59,175 nt of DNA, taken from NCBI GenBank assembly GCA_963559365.1, contig CAUWKC010000006.1:1-59175 (forward strand), read 5' to 3'. The notes below the pieces were generated by a model. The model had not been told where the DNA came from. It saw only the letters and a list, made by a program, of their open reading frames with translations, and made no database searches. Origin of the DNA: an uncultured Clostridia bacterium (GTDB taxonomy: Bacteria > Bacillota > Clostridia > TANB77 > CAG-508). Of the stretch, positions 40,652 through 50,082 are shown in pieces. Position numbers and translations under genes: made by a program. Each line of letters starts with the position of its first letter. Within the stretch, counting starts at the first letter, position 1.

Positions 40652-41188
40652 ATGTCAAGAATAGGAAATAAACCTATTACAGTACCATCAGAAGTACAAA
40701 TAAAACTTGATGGACAAAAAATTACTGTAACAGGACCAAAAGGGACTTTAGAAAGAGAAATACATAAAAATATTTCAATTGAAATGGAAGAAAATACAAT
40801 TAAAGTAACAAGAATAAATGATGAACCTGCTAACAGAAGTTTACATGGTTTAACAAGAACTTTAATTAATAATATGATTGTTGGTGTAACAACTGGTTAT
40901 AGTAGAGAATTACAAATCAATGGAGTTGGATATAGAGTAGCAAAACAAGGTAATAACTTAAACTTAACTTTAGGTTATTCACATCCAGTTATTTTTGAAG
41001 CACCAGAAGGAATTGAGTTTGATGTTCCTAACCCAAATACAATTATTGTTAAAGGGATTGATAAAGAAGTTGTTGGTCAAACAGCAGCTGTTATCAGAAT
41101 GAAAAGACCACCTGAAGTTTATAGAGGTAAAGGTATTAAATATGCAGAAGAAGTTATTAGACGTAAGGAAGGTAAGACTGGAAAATAA
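40652..41188 (+). CDS. rplF: 50S ribosomal protein L6
   Basis: MSRIG, GVGYR, PEVYRGKGI. Confidence 0.99.
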   Translation: MSRIGNKPITVPSEVQIKLDGQKITVTGPKGTLEREIHKNISIEMEENTIKVTRINDEPANRSLHGLTRTLINNMIVGVTTGYSRELQINGVGYRVAKQGNNLNLTLGYSHPVIFEAPEGIEFDVPNPNTIIVKGIDKEVVGQTAAVIRMKRPPEVYRGKGIKYAEEVIRRKEGKTGK

Positions 41189-41247
41189 AGTAATTTTAAT
41201 GAAATTCAAATTATTGAAATAGAAACTTTTGTGAAAGGAGTAAGAAA

Positions 41248-41607
41248 ATGGTTAAAAAGACTGATAGAAAAATGGAAAGAACCAGAAGACATATTCGTGT
41301 TAGAAGAAAAATATCTGGAACAGCAGAAAGACCAAGATTATGTGTATATAGAAGTAATACTAATTTATATGTACAAATTATCGATGATGTGGCAGCAAAT
41401 ACAATCGTATCAGCTTCAACATTAGATAAAGAAATCAAGACAAAACATGCCAATAAAGAAGCAGCAAAAGAATTAGGTGCTTTAATCGCAAAAAAAGCAT
41501 TAGATAAAAAAATTGAAACTGTAGTTTTTGATCGTGGTGGATACATTTATCATGGTGTTATAAAAGAATTAGCAGAAGCTGCAAGAGAAGGCGGATTGAA
41601 ATTTTAA
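41248..41607 (+). CDS. rplR: 50S ribosomal protein L18
   Basis: [25 protein letters not shown]. Confidence 0.99.
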   Translation: MVKKTDRKMERTRRHIRVRRKISGTAERPRLCVYRSNTNLYVQIIDDVAANTIVSASTLDKEIKTKHANKEAAKELGALIAKKALDKKIETVVFDRGGYIYHGVIKELAEAAREGGLKF

Positions 41608-41630
41608 AAAAGGAGGATAAACAAAAACCT

Positions 41631-42116
41631 ATGGAAGAAAAAAATGAATTAAAGGAAAAAGTTGTTGCTATTAACAGAGTTGCTAAAGTTGTTAAAGGTG
41701 GTAGAACTTTTAGATTTAGTGCAGTAGTAGTAGTAGGAGACGAAAATGGTCATGTAGGTGTAGGTAATGGTAAAGCAGCAGAAGTTCCAGAAGCTATTAG
41801 AAAAGCAATTCAAGAAGCTAAAAAGAACTTAGTAGAAGTACCAATCGTTGAAACAACTGTACCTCATGAATATATAGGAACTTTTGGAAGTGCTAGAGTT
41901 ATGTTAAAACCAGCAGCAGTTGGTACTGGTATTATCGCAGGAGGAAGCGTAAGACCAGTTATGGAATTAGCAGGATATAAAAATATTAGAACAAAAGTTA
42001 TTGGAACAAATAATCCAAGAAACGTAGTATATGCTACAATTGAAGGATTAAAAGCAATGCAAACAGTTGAAGCTGTTGCTAAAAAAAGAGGAAAAAAAGT
42101 AGAAGAAATCTTATAA
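41631..42116 (+). CDS. rpsE: 30S ribosomal protein S5
   Basis: [19 protein letters not shown]. Confidence 0.99.
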   Translation: MEEKNELKEKVVAINRVAKVVKGGRTFRFSAVVVVGDENGHVGVGNGKAAEVPEAIRKAIQEAKKNLVEVPIVETTVPHEYIGTFGSARVMLKPAAVGTGIIAGGSVRPVMELAGYKNIRTKVIGTNNPRNVVYATIEGLKAMQTVEAVAKKRGKKVEEIL

Positions 42117-42175
42117 ATTTATAAGGGACCAAAGAAAATCCCTTGTCAAAAAAAGAAGGAGGTGCGAAGTACAAA

Positions 42176-42610
42176 ATGAAACTAGATGAATTAAAACCAG
42201 CGGTAAAAAAAGTAAAAAGAAATAGAGTAGGACGTGGAATGGCTTCTGGTAATGGTAAAACATCAGGAAGAGGTCATAAAGGTCAAAAAGCAAGAAGTGG
42301 TGGAGGAGTAAGAAGAGGTTTCGAAGGTGGTCAAACACCACTATATAGAAGATTACCAAAAAGAGGATTCACTAATATTCATGCTAAAACTTATACAGAG
42401 GTAACTTTAAAAATGTTAAGTAAATCTAAAGCTACTGATGTTACAGCAGAAACTTTATTAGAAGAAGGTATTATCGGAAAAATTAATGATGGTATCGTAG
42501 TATTAGCAACTGGAAAATTAGATAAAAAATTAAACGTAAAAGCAAAAAGATTTACAGCGAAAGCAAAAGAAGAAATTGAAGCTTTAGGCGGAAAGGCTGA
42601 GGTGATTTAA
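42176..42610 (+). CDS. rplO: 50S ribosomal protein L15
   Basis: [30 protein letters not shown]; ATG 42176 follows AGGAGG. Confidence 0.98.
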   Translation: MKLDELKPAVKKVKRNRVGRGMASGNGKTSGRGHKGQKARSGGGVRRGFEGGQTPLYRRLPKRGFTNIHAKTYTEVTLKMLSKSKATDVTAETLLEEGIIGKINDGIVVLATGKLDKKLNVKAKRFTAKAKEEIEALGGKAEVI

Positions 42611-43930
42611 TTGTTTAAAACAATCAAAAATGCATTAAAGACACCAGAAGTTAGAAAAAGATTATTATATACATTGGTATTAATTGTTGTATTTAGATTT
42701 GGATGTTATATTACTGTACCAGGTGTAAACAGTATAGCATTAAACGAAGCAATGGGAAATACTAATGGATTTGCAGGATTAATTGACATGATTTCAGGAG
42801 GTGCTTTTTCAAGATTTTCTGTTTTTGCTATGTCAATTACTCCTTACATTACAGCCTCTATTGTTATCCAATTATTGGCTATGATTATTCCTTCTTTAGA
42901 GAGATTAACTAAAGAAGGTGGAGAAGAAGGAAGACAAAAAATTAACCGATATACAAAAATGTTAACAGTTGTATTAGCATTAGTAGAAGGAATTGGATTA
43001 TATTTGTCTTACAAATCTGCAGGAATATTTGTAAATCCAAGCTTTTTAACAGGTGCATTAGTTGTCGTTGGATTAATGGCAGGTACTTCTATTCTTATGT
43101 GGTTAGGAGACCAAATTACTAATAAAGGAATTGGAAATGGAATTTCATTATTAATTTTTATAGGAATTATTTCTCGTTTACCATCAGGAGTTACAACTTT
43201 ATGGAGAATTATGATAGGAGAAACTGGTTTTAGTACAGTTGGATTATTAACAGCTATTGCTGTTGTAATTGGATCATTAATTTTAGTTATGGGAGTAATA
43301 TTTGTACAACAAGCAGAAAGAAAAGTTCCTGTACAATATTCTAAAAAAGTAGTAGGAAGAAAAATGGTAGGAGCACAAAATACACACATTCCTCTAAAAC
43401 TTGCTATGGCAGGTGTAATGCCAGTTATTTTTGCATCATCATTTATGACATTTCCAGCTATGATCATACAAATTTTTGTACCAGATATTGCAAATCAAAC
43501 AGGATTTTTAGCAGGACTATATAATTTCTCAATTGCTACTTCTACATCTAATGTAGCAATTGGTTATTCAATAGCAAATGCAATTGTTTATTTATTGTTA
43601 ATTATAGGATTCACATTTTTCTATACTTATGCTACATTTAATCCAGCAGAAGTATCTAATAATATTAAGAAAAATGGAGGGTTTATACCAGGTATTAGAG
43701 CAGGTAAACCAACAACAGAATATTTATCATCAATTATATCAAAATTGACATGGTTTGGAGGATTCTTCTTAGCATTGATAGCAATTCTTCCAATGTTATT
43801 AAGATTTACAAACCTAAATATTGCTTTTGGTGGTACATCTATCCTAATCGTTGTAGGTGTTGCACTAGAAACAGTACAACAATTAGAATCTCAATTAGCA
43901 ATGAGACATTATAAAGGATTTTTAGAATAA
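42611..43930 (+). CDS. secY: Protein translocase subunit SecY
   Basis: PYITASI, GIGNGISL, GVMPVIFA, IPGIRAG, GGTSILI. Confidence 0.99.
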   Translation: MFKTIKNALKTPEVRKRLLYTLVLIVVFRFGCYITVPGVNSIALNEAMGNTNGFAGLIDMISGGAFSRFSVFAMSITPYITASIVIQLLAMIIPSLERLTKEGGEEGRQKINRYTKMLTVVLALVEGIGLYLSYKSAGIFVNPSFLTGALVVVGLMAGTSILMWLGDQITNKGIGNGISLLIFIGIISRLPSGVTTLWRIMIGETGFSTVGLLTAIAVVIGSLILVMGVIFVQQAERKVPVQYSKKVVGRKMVGAQNTHIPLKLAMAGVMPVIFASSFMTFPAMIIQIFVPDIANQTGFLAGLYNFSIATSTSNVAIGYSIANAIVYLLLIIGFTFFYTYATFNPAEVSNNIKKNGGFIPGIRAGKPTTEYLSSIISKLTWFGGFFLALIAILPMLLRFTNLNIAFGGTSILIVVGVALETVQQLESQLAMRHYKGFLE

Positions 43931-43961
43931 AAATAGGAGGACATAGGTCTTCTTATTTTTT
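43930..43961 (+). terminator. Terminator after secY
   Basis: AAAATAGGAGGAC-atag-GTCTTCTTATTTTTT. Confidence 0.65.
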
Positions 43962-44108
43962 GCTTTTTAATAAGTTCCCCCTGCTATGATAACATTTTAT
44001 CCTAGCAGGGAGAACTTATTAAAAAACGTAAATTATTAGTAAAACCTTGATAAATTCATATTTTTATAGTAAAATAGGAAATGTAAAAAAACAAAGGAGA
44101 GAGAGAAT

Positions 44109-44768
44109 ATGATTATTATTATGTTAGGAGCACCTGGAACAGGGAAAGGCACAGTAGCAAGTATTTTAACAAAAGACCTTGGAGTACCACAAGTTTCAAC
44201 AGGAGATATTTTTAGAAAAAATTTAGCAGAAGGAACAGAACTAGGAAAATTAGCAGAAAGCTATATGACAGCAGGAAAATTAGTACCAGATGAAGTAACA
44301 ATTGATTTAGTTAGAGATAGACTAAAACAAGAAGATGTACAAAACGGCATTATTTTAGATGGCTTTCCAAGAACAGTAAAACAAGCAGAAGCATTAGATA
44401 CTATGTTAAAAGAGCAAGGAAAAGAAATTGATATGGTAATCAATTTAACAACACCAAGAGAAGAAATATTTGAAAGGTTAGTAAATAGAAGAGTTTGTGG
44501 AAACTGTAAAACAATTTATAACATTGTATTAAATCCACCAAAAAAAGAAGGAATTTGCGATAAATGCGGTAGTGAATTAATACACAGAAAAGATGATACA
44601 AAAGAGACATTAGAAGCAAGATTAGAAGACTACGAAAAAACCACAAGTCCTTTAGTAGATTATTATGAAGCAAAAGGAAAATTACGTACAGAAGTAGTAA
44701 GTCAATCTATTAATCATTTAGGAAAAGATGTGGCAGAAGATATTATAAAAATTTTTAAAAAGGATTAA
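44109..44768 (+). CDS. adk: Adenylate kinase
   Basis: GAPGTGKGT, STGDIFR, LDGFPRT, Zn lid CxxC...CxxC. Confidence 0.98.
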   Translation: MIIIMLGAPGTGKGTVASILTKDLGVPQVSTGDIFRKNLAEGTELGKLAESYMTAGKLVPDEVTIDLVRDRLKQEDVQNGIILDGFPRTVKQAEALDTMLKEQGKEIDMVINLTTPREEIFERLVNRRVCGNCKTIYNIVLNPPKKEGICDKCGSELIHRKDDTKETLEARLEDYEKTTSPLVDYYEAKGKLRTEVVSQSINHLGKDVAEDIIKIFKKD

Positions 44769-44784
44769 GAGGAGACGAATTCAA

Positions 44785-45555
44785 TTGGTAACAATTAAAT
44801 CAAAAAAAGAAATAGAACTTATGAAAGAAGTATGTAAAGTAGTAGCTTTAACATACCAAGAAATAGAAGAAAAAATAAAACCAGGAATGTCAACCTGGGA
44901 ATTAGACCAAATAGCAGAAAAAAAGATGAGAAGTTTAGGAGCCATTCCAGCAGAAAAAGGATATGACATAGGAATTAGAGGAGTGCCTCCTTTTCCTGCT
45001 TCTATTTGTGTATCTATTAATGATGAAGTAATTCATGGAATTCCTTCAAAAAATAGGTTTCTAAAAGAAGGAGATATAGTAAGTATTGATACAGTAGCCC
45101 TAAAAAATGGATATAATGGAGATGCAGCAAGAACATTCATCGTAGGAAAAGGAACAAAAGAAGCAGAAAACCTTGTACAAGTGACAAAACAAGCTTTTTT
45201 TGAAGGAATTAAATATGCTAAAGCAGGAAATAGAATTGGAGATGTATGTCATGCAATTGGAGAATATGTACATTCACAAGGATATTCTGTAATTAGAGAA
45301 TTTCAAGGACATGGCATTGGAAAAGAAATGCATGAAGATCCAGGAATTCCAAACTATGGAAAAGCAGGAAGAGGAATTCGTTTAGAACCAGGAATGACAT
45401 TAGCAATAGAACCAATGGTAATACAAGGAAAACCTAACATTTTAGAATTAGATGATGGATGGACAATCATAACAGAAGATGGAAGTTTATCAGCACATTA
45501 TGAAAATACAATTTTAATTACAGAAAAAGAGCCAGAAATATTGACAATACTATAA
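44785..45555 (+). CDS. map: Methionine aminopeptidase type I
   Basis: SINDEVIHGIP, GHGIG..MHEDP, AIEPM, SAHYENT. Confidence 0.98.
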   Translation: MVTIKSKKEIELMKEVCKVVALTYQEIEEKIKPGMSTWELDQIAEKKMRSLGAIPAEKGYDIGIRGVPPFPASICVSINDEVIHGIPSKNRFLKEGDIVSIDTVALKNGYNGDAARTFIVGKGTKEAENLVQVTKQAFFEGIKYAKAGNRIGDVCHAIGEYVHSQGYSVIREFQGHGIGKEMHEDPGIPNYGKAGRGIRLEPGMTLAIEPMVIQGKPNILELDDGWTIITEDGSLSAHYENTILITEKEPEILTIL

Positions 45556-45642
45556 AATTGTAGTATAATACAATAGTTATTATGCAAAATAGCAATATTT
45601 TGCTCAAAAATCAATAAAAAGCTCTTTAAGGAGGGAAAAAAA

Positions 45643-45861
45643 TTGGCAAAAGAAGATGTAATTGAAGTAGAAGGAACGGTTGTTGAAACCTTACCAAATA
45701 CAAATTTCAAGGTAGAACTTGAAAATGGACATCAAATATTAGCTCATATATCTGGAAAGCTAAGAATGAACTATATCAAAATTTTACCAGGAGACAAAGT
45801 AAAAGTAGAATTATCACCTTATGACTTAACCAGAGGAAGAATTACTTGGAGAGCAAAATAA
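45643..45861 (+). CDS. infA: Translation initiation factor IF-1
   Basis: [27 protein letters not shown]. Confidence 0.99.
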   Translation: MAKEDVIEVEGTVVETLPNTNFKVELENGHQILAHISGKLRMNYIKILPGDKVKVELSPYDLTRGRITWRAK

Positions 45862-45912
45862 AATAGTTAAAAATTAACCCATGATATACAAAAAAAACGG
45901 GAGGTGCAAAAA

Positions 45913-46026
45913 ATGAAAGTAAGACCATCAGTAAAACCAATATGTGACAAATGCAAAGTAATAAAAAGAAAAGGTGTCATTAGAGTTATTTGTGAAAACC
46001 CTAAACACAAACAAAGACAAGGTTAA
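45913..46026 (+). CDS. rpmJ: 50S ribosomal protein L36
   Basis: Not in ORF track; [37 protein letters not shown]. Confidence 0.98.
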   Translation: MKVRPSVKPICDKCKVIKRKGVIRVICENPKHKQRQG

Positions 46027-46225
46027 TATCCTTATATTGTTAATAACACAAATTAGGTAGCGGCTGTGAATTCCTAAAAAGGGAGTTACATATCAAATTT
46101 GTGTTTATATATATGTTTTAAGATGTTTAAAGAGGCTAGAGTAAACGCTAGTGCATTTCACCTTTAAACCATTTTAGGACAAACAAATAAAATAAAGAAT
46201 TATAATTTTGGAGGTGCAAAAAAAT

Positions 46226-46594
46226 ATGGCTCGTATAGCAGGAGTAGATTTACCAAAGGAAAAAAGAGTAGAAATAGGACTTACATATATTTATGGAATA
46301 GGAGTATCAAGTTCTAAAAAAATTCTTGAAAAAGCTGGAATTAATCCAGACACTAGAGTAAAAGACTTAACAGACGAACAAGTAAATGATATTAGAAAAG
46401 TTATAGACGAATCTTATACTGTAGAAGGTGATTTAAGAAGAGAAGTAGCTCTTAACATCAAAAGACTTACAGAAATCGGATGCTACAGAGGATTAAGACA
46501 TAGAAGAGGTCTTCCAGTTAGAGGACAAAGAACAAAAACAAATGCTAGAACTAGAAAAGGTCCTAGGAAGTTAGTTAGTAAATCTAAAAAATAG
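46226..46594 (+). CDS. rpsM: 30S ribosomal protein S13
   Basis: [30 protein letters not shown]. Confidence 0.99.
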   Translation: MARIAGVDLPKEKRVEIGLTYIYGIGVSSSKKILEKAGINPDTRVKDLTDEQVNDIRKVIDESYTVEGDLRREVALNIKRLTEIGCYRGLRHRRGLPVRGQRTKTNARTRKGPRKLVSKSKK

Positions 46595-46783
46595 AAAAAT
46601 CAATGAAAATCAGCATCTTGCACATTTTTAATATCTCAATTAAACTTCGACGTACCAACGTACGCCATCAGCTTAATTAAGCTATTAAAAATGCACAATA
46701 TACTAATTTTGATTGATTTATAGAAATTGAAGAATGAAAAATGAAATCAAAACCAAATTTCGAATAGAGGAGGAAAAAGCGAA

Positions 46784-47179
46784 ATGGCTAAAAATGTGAC
46801 AACAAAAAAAGTTGCTAGAAGAAATAGAAAAAACATTGAAAAAGGAGCAGCACATATTCATTCTAGCTTTAATAATACAATTGTTACAATTACAGATACA
46901 CAAGGAAATGCAATTTCATGGGGAAGTGCTGGAGAATTAGGATTCAAAGGTTCTAGAAAAAGCACACCATATGCAGCAGGTCAAGTAGCAGAAACAGCTG
47001 CAAAAGCTGCTATGGAACATGGATTAAAATCAGTAGAAGTATTTGTAAAAGGTCCTGGTTCAGGAAGAGAAGCTGCAATACGTGCACTTCAAACAGCAGG
47101 ACTTGAATTAAGTAGTATAAAAGATGTAACACCAATACCACACAATGGATGTAGACCACCAAAAAGAAGAAGAGTATAA
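46784..47179 (+). CDS. rpsK: 30S ribosomal protein S11
   Basis: [28 protein letters not shown]. Confidence 0.99.
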   Translation: MAKNVTTKKVARRNRKNIEKGAAHIHSSFNNTIVTITDTQGNAISWGSAGELGFKGSRKSTPYAAGQVAETAAKAAMEHGLKSVEVFVKGPGSGREAAIRALQTAGLELSSIKDVTPIPHNGCRPPKRRRV

Positions 47180-47198
47180 TTGAAAGGAGTAAGAAATA

Positions 47199-47825
47199 AT
47201 GGCAAGATATAAAGACGAACAATGTCGTAGATGCCGTAGAGAAGGACAAAAATTGTTCTTAAAAGGTGACAGATGCTATACAGATAAATGTAGTATTTCA
47301 AGAAGAAATTATGCACCAGGACAACATGGACAAAAAAGAGCAAAACTTTCTGAATACGGAACACAATTAAGAGAAAAACAAAAAACAAAAGCATATTATG
47401 GAGTTGGAGAAAAACAATTCAGAAAATATTTTGAAATGGCTTCTAATAAAAAAGGAGTAACAGGTGAAAACTTATTACAAATATTAGAAAGCAGATTAGA
47501 TAATGTAGTATATAGATTAGGATATGGAACATCTAGAGCACAAGCTAGACAATTTGTAAACCATGCACAATTTGAAGTAAATGGTAAAAAAGTTGATATT
47601 CCATCTTACTTAGTAAAAGCAGGAGATGTAATTACAGTAAGAGAAAGCAAAAAAGATAATGCAACAATAAAAATAAATGTAGAAGAATCAAGCAAAAGAC
47701 CAGTACCAGCATGGTTAGAAAAAGACAATGAAAAATTAAGTGGTAAAGTAGTTCGATTAGCGTCTAGAGAAGACATTGATATTCCAATCGAAGAACATTT
47801 AATAGTAGAGCTTTACTCAAAATAA
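47199..47825 (+). CDS. rpsD: 30S ribosomal protein S4
   Basis: [31 protein letters not shown]. Confidence 0.99.
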   Translation: MARYKDEQCRRCRREGQKLFLKGDRCYTDKCSISRRNYAPGQHGQKRAKLSEYGTQLREKQKTKAYYGVGEKQFRKYFEMASNKKGVTGENLLQILESRLDNVVYRLGYGTSRAQARQFVNHAQFEVNGKKVDIPSYLVKAGDVITVRESKKDNATIKINVEESSKRPVPAWLEKDNEKLSGKVVRLASREDIDIPIEEHLIVELYSK

Positions 47826-47897
47826 TAATGGGTAGTACACAATCCATAAAGTTTTTAGAAAATTTGAGAAATATATTCTCAAAATTAGGAGGTAAAA

Positions 47898-48845
47898 ATG
47901 ATAGAATTTGAAAAGCCAAATATTGAATGTCTAGAGGTTGATGATACAAATAATTATGCAAAATTTGTATGTGAGCCATTAGAAAGAGGATATGGGGTAA
48001 CAATAGGAAATTCTTTAAGAAGAATTTTACTTTCATCACTTCCAGGTTGTAGCATAACAAGTGTAAAAATAGACGGAGTATTACATGAATTTTCTACCAT
48101 TCCAAATGTAGTAGAAGATGTACCAGAAATAATTGTTAACTTAAAAAACGTAAGACTAAAATTTGATGAAAATGAAGAAAAAGTCTTAAGAATTGATGTA
48201 AAAGGAGAAGGAGAAGTAACTGCAGGAGATATCATAACTGATGGAACTGTTGAAGTTTTAAATCCTGAATTACATATTGCTACCATTTCTGAAGGCGGAA
48301 GCTTAAAAATCGAAATGACAGCAGACAGAGGAAGAGGATATAACTCAGCAGAAAAAAATAAAAAACCAAATCAAGATATATCAGTACTTCCAATCGATTC
48401 TATCTATACACCAGTAAAAAAAGTTAACTATCAAGTAGAAAATACAAGAGTTGGACAAATGGTAGATTATGATAAACTAGTAATTGAAGTATGGACAGAC
48501 GGAAGTCTAAAAGCACATGAAGCATTAAGCTTAGCAGCCAAAGTTATGACAGGACACTTAGAATTATTCATTGATTTATCAGAAGCAACAAAAAATACAC
48601 AAGTAATGATAGAAAAAGAAGAATCTAAAAAAGAAAAAGTACTAGAAATGTCAATTGAAGAACTAGAATTATCTGTTAGATCATTCAACTGTTTAAAAAG
48701 AGCAGGAATTGCAACAGTAGAAGACCTAACAAATAAATCTGAAACAGACATGATGAAAGTAAGAAATCTAGGAAAAAAATCATTTGACGAAGTAACCGCA
48801 AAATTACACTCATTAGGACTAGACTTTGCAAGTGAAGACGAATAG
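47898..48845 (+). CDS. rpoA: RNA polymerase subunit alpha
   Basis: [29 protein letters not shown]. Confidence 0.99.
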   Translation: MIEFEKPNIECLEVDDTNNYAKFVCEPLERGYGVTIGNSLRRILLSSLPGCSITSVKIDGVLHEFSTIPNVVEDVPEIIVNLKNVRLKFDENEEKVLRIDVKGEGEVTAGDIITDGTVEVLNPELHIATISEGGSLKIEMTADRGRGYNSAEKNKKPNQDISVLPIDSIYTPVKKVNYQVENTRVGQMVDYDKLVIEVWTDGSLKAHEALSLAAKVMTGHLELFIDLSEATKNTQVMIEKEESKKEKVLEMSIEELELSVRSFNCLKRAGIATVEDLTNKSETDMMKVRNLGKKSFDEVTAKLHSLGLDFASEDE

Positions 48846-48878
48846 AAGAGAAAAAGAAAAATAAGGAAGGTGAAAAAA

Positions 48879-49406
48879 TTGGCTACAAATAGAAAGTTAG
48901 GAAGAACAACAGACATAAGAATGGCAATGTTAAAAACATTAACAACAGACTTAATCTTACATGGAAAAGTTGAAACAACATTAGCAAGAGCAAAAGAAGT
49001 AAAAGCCATTGCTGATAGCTTAATTTCACTTGCCATCAAAGAAAAAGACAACTTTGAAATGGTAGAAGTTAAAGTTATAAAAGCGAAATTAGATGCCAAA
49101 GGAAACAAAGAAACAGAATTAGTAAAAAGCAAAAATGGAAAAGAATATCTAAAAGTAGTAAAAGAAGAAAAAATAGAAAAAAGACAAAAAGACATGCCAA
49201 GTAGATTAAACGCAAGAAGAAAAATGATGAAAACAATCAACAAAGTAAAAGACAGCGAAGGAAACAACGTTGATTTACCATCAAAACTATTCAACGAAAT
49301 CGCTCCAAAATATGCTGGTAAAAACGTAGGAGGATATACACGTATTATCAAAGCAGGACCTAGAAGAGGAGACGGAGCAGAAGTTGCAATATTACAACTA
49401 ATATAA
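48879..49406 (+). CDS. rplQ: 50S ribosomal protein L17 with internal insertion
   Basis: RKLGR, ETTLARAKE, GGYTRI, RRGDGA; start TTG 48879 or GTG 48870. Confidence 0.95.
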   Translation: MATNRKLGRTTDIRMAMLKTLTTDLILHGKVETTLARAKEVKAIADSLISLAIKEKDNFEMVEVKVIKAKLDAKGNKETELVKSKNGKEYLKVVKEEKIEKRQKDMPSRLNARRKMMKTINKVKDSEGNNVDLPSKLFNEIAPKYAGKNVGGYTRIIKAGPRRGDGAEVAILQLI

Positions 49407-49413
49407 AACCAAA

Positions 49414-49444
49414 TGAGACATTAGGGACAGTCCAAAGTGTCTCA
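49414..49444. repeat. Single REP hairpin (family 1) after rplQ, may act as terminator
   Basis: TGAGACATTAGGGACAGTCCAAAGTGTCTCA followed by TTTTT. Confidence 0.8.
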
Positions 49445-49512
49445 TTTTTGATTTATAAGTATGTCACATAAAAAAGAAAAAATCATATAATAAAACCATA
49501 GGAGGCTAAAAA

Positions 49513-49866
49513 ATGACAGAATTTATATTAAATACCATTTTTTGGACATTGGCTCTTTATGGTTTTTTTGAAATTATAAAAAACATTATATACATATGTA
49601 CATATACTAAATTTCAATCAGACGGAATTTATTTAATAATAGCTGTAAAAAATCAAGAAGACAGAATAGAAGGATTTTTACGTTCAAGCTTATTTAAAAT
49701 TTTATATGGAAAAGAAGAATACTTGAAAAATATTATAGTAGCAGATTTAAAATCCACTGATAAAACCAAAGAAATTGCTAAAAAATTAGAAACAGAATAT
49801 GATTGTCTAAAAGTAACAAATTGGAAAGAATGTAAAGATATAATTGATAATGTAAACGAAACTTGA
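49513..49866 (+). CDS. Hypothetical protein (TM plus degenerate GT2-like segment)
   Basis: GGAGG RBS, N-terminal TM, IIAVKNQED.IEG, D..STDKT. Confidence 0.6.
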   Translation: MTEFILNTIFWTLALYGFFEIIKNIIYICTYTKFQSDGIYLIIAVKNQEDRIEGFLRSSLFKILYGKEEYLKNIIVADLKSTDKTKEIAKKLETEYDCLKVTNWKECKDIIDNVNET

Positions 49867-49869
49867 AAA

Positions 49870-49995
49870 TTTTGGGACGGAGAAGAAAACGACGGGATTT
49901 TTTGGGACGGAGAAGAAAATGACCATATGGATTTCAATCATATCATTTTCTTCTCCGTCCCAAAAAATCCCGTCGTTTTCTTCTCCGTCCCAAAA
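49870..49995. repeat. REPIN-like palindrome, family 2
   Basis: 53-bp perfect inverted arms (49870-49922, 49943-49995), each with two TTTGGGACGGAGAAGAAAA units. Confidence 0.9.
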
Positions 49996-50082
49996 ATGTT
50001 TCTTGAAAAAAAAGATATAATATGATACACTAAAAAAATAGAAAAGGTTTAAAATGAATTAATGCTTTAGAAAGGAATGTAA

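Noticed and set aside
48467-49351. 294-aa antisense ORF over rpoA/rplQ and many shorter shadow ORFs
   Set aside because: They lie opposite or within well-supported genes, have no motifs, and follow from the codon bias of the real gene.
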